From sequence record SRR22947727_966: a stretch of 55,526 nt of DNA; one strand, given 5' to 3'. Below the pieces are notes generated by a model, which made no database searches, was not told the DNA's origin, and worked only from the letters and a program-made list of their open reading frames with translations. Positions 34,908 to 44,128 of the stretch are shown in pieces. Each line of letters starts with the position of its first letter. Position 1 is the stretch's first letter. Made by a program: the position numbers and the translations under genes.

Positions 34908-35597
34908 ATGTTGATCGAAGATGCCATTGCCATGCTGCAGCTGCATGAAGTCCCCGGCAAGACGGCAAAAATGCGGGCCTATTACAAGGTTGAGCGTGTG
35001 TATTGGGGTTTAACCACCCCGGTGCTGGACGATCAGGCCCGCCAATGGCGCCAGGACCTGTCGCTGGCAGATCGCCTGCAATTGGCCGCTGAACTGTGGG
35101 CGAGCAACGCCCATGAGGGCCGCATTTGCGCCGCAAAATTGCTGACGCAGGCCCGCATCCGTCCCGATGACAACGCCGCTTGGCAATTGCTGCAAACCTG
35201 GCTGGCGGAAGTCGATTGCGCGGCCATTTGCGATCATCTCTGCCTGGCTGGGCACCGGCGCTTGAGCGCGGATGTGACGCGCATGGATGAGATGGCCGCC
35301 TGGCCGCACAGCCCGCATTTATGGACCCGCAGAGCTGCATTGGCCATGACATTGCCCTGGGCCAAAATGCGCAATCCGAACGCGGCGAATTTGGCGATCC
35401 GCGAGCGCGCACTGGGGTGGGCCGCTGAGCTTGCCGAGGATCCGTCCAAAATCATACAACAGGCCGTGGCCGAGTGGGTCTATGAGCTGTCACGAAAGTC
35501 ACCCGAGCGGGCACAGGGCTTTTTGGATGCGCATGGCCATAAACTTCGCAACGCCGCCCGCAGGGATGCCAGCCGCAAATTGCCCAGACCCGTATAA
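34908..35597 (+). CDS. DNA alkylation repair protein (AlkD-like)
   Basis: LW...HEGRI.A.K, W...HLWTRRAAL, IQQAVAEW..ELS pattern; start uncertain (ATG 34908 or 34845). Confidence 0.75.
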   Translation: MLIEDAIAMLQLHEVPGKTAKMRAYYKVERVYWGLTTPVLDDQARQWRQDLSLADRLQLAAELWASNAHEGRICAAKLLTQARIRPDDNAAWQLLQTWLAEVDCAAICDHLCLAGHRRLSADVTRMDEMAAWPHSPHLWTRRAALAMTLPWAKMRNPNAANLAIRERALGWAAELAEDPSKIIQQAVAEWVYELSRKSPERAQGFLDAHGHKLRNAARRDASRKLPRPV

Positions 35598-35602
35598 TTG
35601 GA

Positions 35603-36976
35603 TCAAATCCCACGTGGCCGCAGCTTCAGCCAAATTCCATTTTGCGCGCGCACCGTCAGATGCGCGACAGGCTGCGGCACCTGCTTTGCTATGGGTGTAA
35701 ATTCATAAGCCGCACACAACCGCGCGAGGAGCAATACCCCCTCAAGCATCGCAAAACCCGCCCCGGTGCAGACCCGCGGACCCGCAGAAAAGGGATTATA
35801 GGCGGCGCGCTGGCAGTGTTTTCCGTTCTCACTGTGCCAACGCTCAGGATCAAACCCATCGGGATTGTCCCACAGCCGCATGTGACGATGCAAATGCCAA
35901 GGGCTCAGCACCACCTGACTGCCAGGCGCGACATCACGTCCGCGAAATCGTTCGGCCTGGGCCGCCTCTCGAACCATCATCGGCACGGGTGGGTACAGAC
36001 GTAGAGTTTCGCGAAACACGTCCCGGGTGACACGCAGCGCACGCAGGTCCTCAAATCGCGCCTGCGGCCCCAAAGCGGCCCCTTCCCGGGCCACTTTCTC
36101 TTGATAGTCTGGATGCGTCGCTATGAGGTAAAGCGCCCATGACAGGGCAGAGGCACTGGTCTCATGCCCGGCCAAAAAGAAAATAGCGACCTGATCCACC
36201 ATTTCGGACGCGGAAAACAGCTGCCCTGTAATTGGGTCTTTTGTGGTCATGATTTTTGTCGCGAGATCATTGGGCGCTGTGCCAGCCGCCAGCGCCTCTG
36301 CGCGCTTATCGGTCAACTCAGTGATCAATCGGCGTATCACCTCCGCGCTGCGCCGGGTTCTGCGGGAAAAGGGCCGCGGAACCCAGCTGGGCAAGCGAAA
36401 GAATGCGGCAAGATTGACCACCGGTTGGCTGCGTTGATAGGTCTTGAACTCCTCAAACACCTGCCGCGCCATGCGATCCTCAATCGGAATAGAGGATAAA
36501 GTGCGAAAGATCACATCCGCAGCGGCAAAGCTGGTCTCCGCCTCGATCTCCACCGGGGTGCCGCTGGCCTTGGGTGCAAGACGCGCCACCGCCGCCTCCG
36601 CCGCTGCCGAAATCGCAGGATAGGCCTCGCGCAGACGCCCCCCCTCAAATGCGGGATCAATGATCCGGCGCTGCCGCTCCCATTCTGCGCCATTGGTCAG
36701 AAACACGCTATTTCCCAAAAGAGGTCGCAAGCCTTCGCTGACCCGGTTTGACTTCGGAAAATCTCGCGGTCGGCGCTTGAGCACCAAATCCACAAGCTCG
36801 GGCTGATTGACCAGATAGCTGCGAAAGAAGGGCGTTTTGAACTCCGCCATCCAAGCGCGGTAAAGTTTGGCCGGTTGCGCCGAGAGCAAATCGCGCCGGA
36901 ACAGTTTGACATAGCGCCACAAGGACACCCGCCCCGGCCGCGCGGGCGGTTTTGGCGGCAGGAGGGGCGGGCTCAT
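35603..36976 (-). CDS. Cytochrome P450
   Basis: I-helix AGHETSA, ExxR (ETLR), PERW, heme ligand FSAGPRVCTG. Confidence 0.95.
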   Translation of the reverse strand: MSPPLLPPKPPARPGRVSLWRYVKLFRRDLLSAQPAKLYRAWMAEFKTPFFRSYLVNQPELVDLVLKRRPRDFPKSNRVSEGLRPLLGNSVFLTNGAEWERQRRIIDPAFEGGRLREAYPAISAAAEAAVARLAPKASGTPVEIEAETSFAAADVIFRTLSSIPIEDRMARQVFEEFKTYQRSQPVVNLAAFFRLPSWVPRPFSRRTRRSAEVIRRLITELTDKRAEALAAGTAPNDLATKIMTTKDPITGQLFSASEMVDQVAIFFLAGHETSASALSWALYLIATHPDYQEKVAREGAALGPQARFEDLRALRVTRDVFRETLRLYPPVPMMVREAAQAERFRGRDVAPGSQVVLSPWHLHRHMRLWDNPDGFDPERWHSENGKHCQRAAYNPFSAGPRVCTGAGFAMLEGVLLLARLCAAYEFTPIAKQVPQPVAHLTVRAQNGIWLKLRPRGI

Positions 36977-38165
36977 GGGCAGGTCTGCCTGTATTTTGAC
37001 ACCGCACGGGTGACTTTTCCAGGAGAGGGCGCACGATCTCTATAGCGCGCCAAGCGTCAAAGGGCCAGCAGTTATTTGGAAATAGTCATAATCTGCGGGA
37101 CGATCAAATGCGCAGATATATTGAAAATGAAGCCGGAAAAACCGCCGCTTCAACGCCCGCCATTTTTCAGCAGAAAGGGTCTGACTGAATGCTGCCGACA
37201 GCACGAGGGGCCATTTTTGATCCGGCGGGGCCACACCGGAGACAGCCACCGGATCACAAAGCGCGAAGGTACAGCCATCACCCGGCGCGGTTACATCGAC
37301 CCAGGGTATCTGCTGCTGCGCGCCCATATGCCTCAAATCACGCCACAGGCGGTGGGCATTTGGCAGAAAAGACATCATCGGCACCACCTGCCCCAAGCTC
37401 AAAAAAGACAGGGCCGGGCCGCCGGTTTGATGCGCGCCACTGCGCTCGATATCCGCCAAGAGCGAGATTGCCAAATGCGCCCTGGAGGAATGGCCGACCA
37501 GCAACACCTCGTCCACATCGCTTCGGAGCGCAGCCACCACGCGCGTTGCAAATTGCGCCAATCGAGCTTCCAATTCGGACGGATTGGCCCCGCGGGCCGC
37601 GGCTGAATAGGCGTAATCATGCATCAAATAATAAGTAAAAAGCCGATTGTCATAGCGGCGAAACCCCATCAGGACCCAAGGGATCACCACGAGCCCAAGC
37701 CAGAAAAGGCCGGGATGCCACAGGCTCAACGCCGCCCCCGCCGCATAGGCCAGAGCCACAGCCACAGCCGCCTGCCCGATCAACATCACCACTGGATAGA
37801 GTGCCGCGATCACCGGCCCTTTGCGCAGCTGCATAAGTCGCCACAGCGCGCCGCTCGCGATGTAAATATAGGCGGTGCGCACCATCTGCCCATAGGTAGC
37901 CAGAATGCCACTGCGCATGGAGGCACGAACAAGATCAGACCAGAGCATGACTTCGAATTCCGCGCGTATTGATCTGCCGTCAATCTCACTGTCCACAAAC
38001 CAGCCATAGCCCCCCGGGCCAGTTTTTTGCGCTGAGATGGATGTCATAGCCGCTGATGGCAGCCTGTGCCGCAGCCTCTGCCCGATAGAGCTCACGATAC
38101 CTGCGGGGATGAATTGGATCATACCCGGGAATATAAAATACTTTGCGTTTAAAACTCTGTCCCAT
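36973..38165 (-). pseudogene. Frameshifted alpha/beta-hydrolase-like membrane protein gene, partner of the P450
   Basis: Three consecutive frames: a 59-aa ORF 38165-37986 (MGQSFKRKVFYIPGYDP...), the central ORF with GHSSR, and a tail 37050-36973 ending in an ATGA overlap with the P450 start. Confidence 0.75.
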
Positions 38166-38273
38166 GGGGAGACCTCAAAATATAAGGGTCTCCTAACCTA
38201 TGCCGATCAAGAATTAAATCTCTTTATACAGTCAAAGCATCACAGCCCGGCACAGCCGGTCCCAGCTCATTCA

Positions 38274-39026
38274 TCACCCCAAGGTTGAAAGGGCGGGAAA
38301 TTGCTCCAAAATCCACCAGCTGAACTGGGTAAACTGCCCCGTGACCATCATCAATCCAACGGTCCAGAGCAGCAAACCCATGATCCGTTCGATCCGCATC
38401 ATATGGCGTTTCATCCAAGCCATTAGACCTTTGAGAGACGGGAAGAACACCGCCACCAGCACAAAGGGCATCCCAAGGCCCGCCGCATAGGTGGCGAGCA
38501 GGATGACCCCTTTGGCGGGATTGGCCGTATCGGCGGCAAGCGCGAGGATTGTGCCAAGAATAGGACCCAAACAAGGCGTCCAGCCAAAGGCGAAGGCCAG
38601 CCCCAAAATATAGGCACCAAAGGCCGAACCACCGCGGTCGCCCCCCTCAATCCGCGCTTCGCGGTCCAAAATTCCAATGCGGATCACGCCCAGGAAATGC
38701 GCGCCAAACACCATGACAAGAATGCCGGCACCGCTGACAAACCAATCTTGATTGGACAAAAACAGGCGGCCAAAACTTGAGGCGGTAAACCCCAAAAGGA
38801 TGAACACAGTGGACAGGCCCAAAACAAAAAATAGGGCGGCCAAAACCACACGCCTTCGCGCTTGTGCGGTAGCGCTCATATCATCCATGCTCACCCCGCC
38901 CATATAGGCCAAATAGGGCGGAACGATGGGCAAAACACAGGGGCTGGCAAAGCTGATCAACCCGCCGAGCAGCGCCACAAACATGGCCGGCATCAGCCCG
39001 GCATCCCATAGATCAATTCCCAACAT
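38274..39026 (-). CDS. ccdA: Cytochrome c biogenesis protein CcdA
   Basis: SFASPCVLPIVP and FAFGWTPCLGP redox Cys motifs; multi-TM. Confidence 0.92.
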   Translation of the reverse strand: MLGIDLWDAGLMPAMFVALLGGLISFASPCVLPIVPPYLAYMGGVSMDDMSATAQARRRVVLAALFFVLGLSTVFILLGFTASSFGRLFLSNQDWFVSGAGILVMVFGAHFLGVIRIGILDREARIEGGDRGGSAFGAYILGLAFAFGWTPCLGPILGTILALAADTANPAKGVILLATYAAGLGMPFVLVAVFFPSLKGLMAWMKRHMMRIERIMGLLLWTVGLMMVTGQFTQFSWWILEQFPALSTLG

Positions 39027-39229
39027 TACAGCGGCCTTTCCTGTCTTAAACTGTCATAGGCTATCTCAGCGCTGGCGTCATCTGTAAGTTTGTCCCATCA
39101 AGCTACCCGCGCCGCGCGTCGCACCATGCCCTGCAACCGATGAAATCGCATCTCTGCCTCTGGCGCGCGCGAAAATTTTACGGCATGGAGTGGGCTTAAG
39201 AGTGCAATAACCGGCAATAGGGCGCTGCG

Positions 39230-39463
39230 ATGACTTGGGACGAAGAATTGGATGCCATTGGGCTATTGTGCCCCTTACCGGTGCTCAAAGCCCGCAAACG
39301 CTTAATGGCAATGGCTGAGGGCGCTGTTTTACTCATGCGGGCCGATGACCCGGCCGCCATCGTTGATGTGCCGCATTTCTGCGCTGAGGCGGGGTACAGA
39401 CTGATATCGCAAGATAGCGAAGGCGCAGAACTGCGATTTTTCATACGAAAAAGCGGCGGATAG
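39230..39463 (+). CDS. TusA/SirA-family sulfur carrier
   Basis: LDAIGLLCPLPVLKA and ADDPAAIVDVPHFC. Confidence 0.88.
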   Translation: MTWDEELDAIGLLCPLPVLKARKRLMAMAEGAVLLMRADDPAAIVDVPHFCAEAGYRLISQDSEGAELRFFIRKSGG

Positions 39464-39487
39464 GCTTGAATTTCACCCTTTGAACGC

Positions 39488-39517
39488 AAAAGAGCCCCGC
39501 AATTGCGGAGCCCCTTT
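39488..39517 (-). terminator. Intrinsic terminator after rne, possibly bidirectional with tusA-like
   Basis: Minus strand AAAGGGGCTCCGC-AATT-GCGGGGCTCTTTT hairpin with G-U pairs, between convergent genes. Confidence 0.75.
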
Positions 39518-39532
39518 GTCGTTGTAAGATCT

Positions 39533-42301
39533 TTAGCCGCGTGACCACCAACCGCGTTTTTTGGGCGCGGCCGGTTTCTCTGGCTCAGGTTCGGCGGCCA
39601 ATGGCGCCGGGTCTGCCTGCGCAACAGGCGCTGCGACCGATTCGGGGACCGGAGACGGTTCAACAGCTTCTGGCGCTGGCGCATCCGCCGGGGTCTCCTC
39701 GACGGCCACCGCCTTTTTAGCTGCCGGCTTGCGCACGCGCTTGGGTTTGGCCGCAGGTTTTTCAACCGCAACCTCTGGCACCGCCTCTTCTGCAACAACC
39801 GCCTCTTCAACCGCAGCTATAGGGGCTGTGGTTTGCGCGGCCGCGGCCTCTTCAGCCTCACGCTGCGCTTTGGTCTTACGCGGTTTGCGCACGCGTTTGG
39901 GTTTCTCGGCGGGCGCCGCCTCAGCCACAACCGCAACATCCTGAGCATCCGCAACAGGCTCCGGCGGGGCTGCAACAGCGACCTCGCCCGCCTCAGAAAG
40001 CTCTTCCGAACGATCCTGCGGGTTTTCCTCTACCGGCTTGGCTTTCGCCCCGCCGCGCGTACGGCGACGGCGTTTTGGCTTGTCCCCTTCGCCGTCACTT
40101 TCAACAGCAGGCGCGTCGGGCGAGGCCTCATCTTGCGATCCGTCCTCTTGGCTCTGATCACCGGATAAGGCATCGCTGCCGCCCCGCCGCCGCCGACGAC
40201 GACGCCGCCGCTTCTTCGGAGCATCCCCGTCCTCTGGGGTCTCAACAGCCTCAATCACATCAGCCTGATCATCCTCTTGACCTTGCTCATCAATTTCTTC
40301 CATCAAGGCAAAATCAACCGAGCTCACGGTCGTGGAGTTCGCTGGAACAATGCGCGTGGCCGTTTTGAATTTCTCAATCGTATAATCTGGGCTGATCAAG
40401 AAAGGATCAGCTTCAATACGCACGGCCATCCCATGGCGTTGCTCAATCTGACTGATATGCTCGCGCTTTTGGTTGATCAAGAAATTGGCAATGCTGATCG
40501 GCGCTTTGATCAACACTTCTTTGGAGCGGGCACGCCCACCCTCTTCTTCCAGCTCACGCAGAATGGTCAGACCCAGACTGTCCTGCGAGCGGATCAAGCC
40601 GGTGCCGTGGCAATGGGCGCAGGGCTGCGTGCTGGCTTCCAACATGCCCGGACGCAAACGCTGGCGGCTCATTTCCATCAATCCAAAGCCGCTGATCCGG
40701 CCCACCTGAATGCGCGCACGATCAGATTGCAGCTTATCTTTCATGCGTTTTTCAACGGCGATATTGTTTCGGCGTTCATCCATGTCGATAAAATCGATCA
40801 CGATCAACCCGGCCAAATCGCGCAAGCGCAATTGGCGCGCCACCTCTTCAGCAGCCTCCAGATTGGTGTTCAAAGCGGTCTGCTCAATGCTGCCTTCTTT
40901 GGTCGCACGGCCGGAGTTGACATCAATGGCCACCAAAGCTTCAGTGATGCCGATGACCAGATAGCCGCCAGATTTCAGCTGAACCGTGGGGTTAAACATC
41001 CCATCCATAAAGGTTTCGACCTGAAAACGCGCAAAAAGTGGCATTGAACCCATGTAATGCTTCACGTTTTTGGCATGGGACGGCATGATCATTTTCATGG
41101 TGTCTTTGGCGTTGCGATAGCCCGCCGCACCTTCCACCAAGACCTCGTCAATATCGCGGTTGTAAAGGTCGCGAATCGAGCGTTTGATCAGGTCACCCTC
41201 TTCATAAATCGCCGACGGAGCGGAAGACTTCAGGGTAAGCTCACGAATTTGTTCCCACATACGTTGCAGATATTCATAATCGCGTTTGATTTCCGTCTTC
41301 GTGCGTTTCGCGCCAGCCGTCCGCACAATCAGACCGGCCCCTTCGGGCACAACAATTGTGGTGGCGATTTCTTTCAATTTCTTGCGGTCAGCTGCATTGG
41401 TAATTTTGCGGCTTATTCCGCCGCCGCGCGCAGTATTTGGCATCAAAACGCAATAGCGCCCCGCGAGCGACAGATATGTCGTCAAAGCGGCGCCTTTGTT
41501 GCCGCGCTCTTCTTTGACCACTTGGATCAACATGATTTGGCGCACTTTGATCACTTCTTGGATCTTATAACGCCTTGGACGCGGCTTGCGCACCGGGCGC
41601 ACATCTTCGCTGTCATCTTCTTGGGCGACAGATTCGATCCCGTCATCGGCCTGATCTTCATCTTCTTGATCGGGATCCTCCGCAGTGTCCAGCGCCGCCT
41701 CTGGCTCACCCCCCTCTTCAGAGCCCGCAGATGCAGGCTCAGACTCTGGTGCAACTTCTGCTGTATCATTGGCGTCTTCGGCATCTGGTGCAGCCTCAGA
41801 CAGATCGTCCTCGACCAAAGGAGCGGCAGCCTGCCCCTCTTCATCCGCAGACAGATCAATGGTCTCCATCCCATCAACCACCCCATCAACCGCGGTCACA
41901 TCCCGCGTTTCAATGGGGTCCGCGCTGTGCTGCGCGGCGGGTTTTGCCCGGCGTTTTCGCGTGCGTTTGGGTTTTTGCGCTTCCTGCTCAGCTTCCGCCG
42001 CCATGGTTTCCGCATAGGCTTTTTCTTCCGCCATGAGCGCTTCACGATCCGCAACTGGGATCTGATAGTAATCCGGATGGATTTCAGAGAAGGCCAAAAA
42101 GCCGTGGCGATTTCCGCCATAGTCAACAAAGGCGGCCTGCAACGAGGGTTCAACCCGCGTTACTTTTGCCAAATATATGTTGCCAGCTATTTGTCGTTTG
42201 TTTTGTGATTCAAAGTCAAATTCCTCAACTTTGTTTCCGTCGACCACGACAACACGGGTTTCTTCCGCGTGCGTGGCATCGATAAGCATCTTTTTTGCCA
42301 T
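39533..42301 (-). CDS. rne: Ribonuclease E
   Basis: MAKKMLIDA, GNIY..KVTRVEPSLQAAFVDYG, IDVNSG, DFIDM, CAHC zinc link, disordered C-terminus ending KRGWWS; start moved to ATG 42301. Confidence 0.96.
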   Translation of the reverse strand: MAKKMLIDATHAEETRVVVVDGNKVEEFDFESQNKRQIAGNIYLAKVTRVEPSLQAAFVDYGGNRHGFLAFSEIHPDYYQIPVADREALMAEEKAYAETMAAEAEQEAQKPKRTRKRRAKPAAQHSADPIETRDVTAVDGVVDGMETIDLSADEEGQAAAPLVEDDLSEAAPDAEDANDTAEVAPESEPASAGSEEGGEPEAALDTAEDPDQEDEDQADDGIESVAQEDDSEDVRPVRKPRPRRYKIQEVIKVRQIMLIQVVKEERGNKGAALTTYLSLAGRYCVLMPNTARGGGISRKITNAADRKKLKEIATTIVVPEGAGLIVRTAGAKRTKTEIKRDYEYLQRMWEQIRELTLKSSAPSAIYEEGDLIKRSIRDLYNRDIDEVLVEGAAGYRNAKDTMKMIMPSHAKNVKHYMGSMPLFARFQVETFMDGMFNPTVQLKSGGYLVIGITEALVAIDVNSGRATKEGSIEQTALNTNLEAAEEVARQLRLRDLAGLIVIDFIDMDERRNNIAVEKRMKDKLQSDRARIQVGRISGFGLMEMSRQRLRPGMLEASTQPCAHCHGTGLIRSQDSLGLTILRELEEEGGRARSKEVLIKAPISIANFLINQKREHISQIEQRHGMAVRIEADPFLISPDYTIEKFKTATRIVPANSTTVSSVDFALMEEIDEQGQEDDQADVIEAVETPEDGDAPKKRRRRRRRRRGGSDALSGDQSQEDGSQDEASPDAPAVESDGEGDKPKRRRRTRGGAKAKPVEENPQDRSEELSEAGEVAVAAPPEPVADAQDVAVVAEAAPAEKPKRVRKPRKTKAQREAEEAAAAQTTAPIAAVEEAVVAEEAVPEVAVEKPAAKPKRVRKPAAKKAVAVEETPADAPAPEAVEPSPVPESVAAPVAQADPAPLAAEPEPEKPAAPKKRGWWSRG

Positions 42302-42791
42302 TATATCCACTTGCATCACTCAGCAGGCCCCCTGAAGGGAAGCCAAAACCGAAGGGATGTCTATTAAGGGCGATGCACGCAACATGGGGGCGGCTCAAAG
42401 GCCTGCCTTCATCCAATGTTATAGCCTGCGCCTGCGTCATCGCGTTGCTTTCTGTGACAGAATTTCTCCTGCCTGTTAACTGCCCTTGTCTTCGATCAAA
42501 TCTGAAAACCTGGGTCATCTCTCGTGGCTCGTCAGAGCCATTTTCCGTCGCACCCCCGCGCATTTTATAACGCGCAACAGACTGCGAAAAAAATCATTCG
42601 CCCAGGGTATCTTACAACCGTAGAGCTCAGTAGACTGTAAAGGGCAAGCGGGGGGGAAGACAATGGCTAAATGCACTTGCCGGCGCAATCTCTTGCAAGC
42701 AGCGGCGCTTTGCAGATTGGACCGGCGGGACAAGTCGCTGATTTCCTCAGAAAACAGCGCCCAACGCCCTGCCCTGCCCACCGCGCGGATT

Positions 42792-44126
42792 TTAGACGAT
42801 ATAATCCGCACGGGTGAGGCCATATTTGGCCATTTTTTCATTCAAAGTCCGGCGCGGCAGGCAGAGCTCTTCCATCACACTCGCGATAGAGCCCCGATGC
42901 CGGCGCATGGTATTGTCAATCAACATACGTTCAAACGCCTCGACATATTCCTTGAGCGGCTTGCCTTCTGTGGTCATCACGGGCCGATCATCATCGCCCT
43001 CTGCCATCAAGAGCGAGGCAATGGTGCCATTGCCTCTGCGGCTTTGCAGCACTGCCCGCTCGGCCACATTGATCAACTGACGCACATTGCCGGGCCACGG
43101 AGCCTGAAGCAATTGCGCCGCCTCCTGCGCCGTCACGCTGGGGCTGTCGCATCCGTATTCTTCCGCAAATTGATCGGCATAGCGCGTAAAGAGCGTTAAT
43201 ATATCCTCACCGCGCGTGCGGAGAGGTGGCAATTCAATGCGCAAACTCGCCAAGCGATAATATAGATCAGGGCGCAGCACATCTTCGCAGGTCTTGCCCT
43301 GCTCCTGCAGATTGCAAATTGCGATAATGCGGGTTTCAGAGGGGTCCCCTTGGGCATTAATCGCTTTGAGCAAGCGCGATTGCACCTGATGGCTCAACGC
43401 CTCAATATCCTCCAAAACAAGGGTTCCGCCCCTTGCGGCCTCTAAGACCGGCAGGCGATCCTCTTCGCCCGCAGGGCCAAATAGGCGCCGTATGATCGTC
43501 TCCTCCTCCTCGCCCGCGCAAGAGAAGAGAATAAATTTCTTGCGGGCCCTTGCGGAAACTGCATGCAGCGCATGGGCCACCAGGGTTTTGCCAGTGCCGG
43601 TTTCCCCCTCAATCAGCACATGACCATCCGCTTGCCCCAGATCCAAAATATCCTCTCGCAACCGCTCCATGACCCCGTTGGCACCAACGAGCTTCTCCAT
43701 AATGGAGCTGCCCGAAGACAGCTCACGGCGCAATTGCCGATTGTCCAACACCAAACGCCGCGCCCGTGTCGCCTTCTTGGCCAAATCGGTCATCGTGTCG
43801 GGATTAAAGGGTTTTTCTAAGAAATCGAAAGCGCCGATGCGCATGGCCTCGACGGCCATGGGCACATCCCCATGCCCCGTGATCATAATCACCGGGAGGT
43901 TGCTGTCTATGCCCTTGACCTTCCTAAGAAATTGCATGCCGTCCATGCCGGGCATTTTGATATCTGTCACGATAATGCCTGGATAATCTGCGCTCAATCC
44001 TTTAAGCGCATCACCTGCTGAAGCGAAGGTCTCAGTCTCAAAACCAGAGAGCGCCAACCATTGGCTGATGGATTGCCGCATATCCTGCTCATCATCTATG
44101 ATTGCAATTTTCATCGCCTGGGCCAT
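42792..44126 (-). CDS. DctD/NtrC-family response regulator with degenerate AAA+ domain
   Basis: Receiver (IIDDE, TDIKMPG, FLEKP), Walker A GETGTGKT, WPGNVRQL, Fis-type HTH; no GAFTGA. Confidence 0.88.
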   Translation of the reverse strand: MAQAMKIAIIDDEQDMRQSISQWLALSGFETETFASAGDALKGLSADYPGIIVTDIKMPGMDGMQFLRKVKGIDSNLPVIMITGHGDVPMAVEAMRIGAFDFLEKPFNPDTMTDLAKKATRARRLVLDNRQLRRELSSGSSIMEKLVGANGVMERLREDILDLGQADGHVLIEGETGTGKTLVAHALHAVSARARKKFILFSCAGEEEETIIRRLFGPAGEEDRLPVLEAARGGTLVLEDIEALSHQVQSRLLKAINAQGDPSETRIIAICNLQEQGKTCEDVLRPDLYYRLASLRIELPPLRTRGEDILTLFTRYADQFAEEYGCDSPSVTAQEAAQLLQAPWPGNVRQLINVAERAVLQSRRGNGTIASLLMAEGDDDRPVMTTEGKPLKEYVEAFERMLIDNTMRRHRGSIASVMEELCLPRRTLNEKMAKYGLTRADYIV

Positions 44127-44128
44127 GT

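Noticed and set aside
38030..38122. ORF-track N-terminus MIQFIPAG... of the 360-aa ORF
   Set aside because: Wrong frame; the protein-like N-terminus starts at ATG 38165 in another frame.
38224..38574. 116-aa alternative-frame ORF overlapping the end of ccdA
   Set aside because: Overlaps a confident gene on the same strand and has no recognisable motif.
40183..40215. CGC/CGA triplet repeat
   Set aside because: It encodes the poly-Arg tract of RNase E; not an independent repeat.
40277..42208. Plus-strand ORFs of 256 and 383 aa opposite rne
   Set aside because: Antisense shadows of rne.
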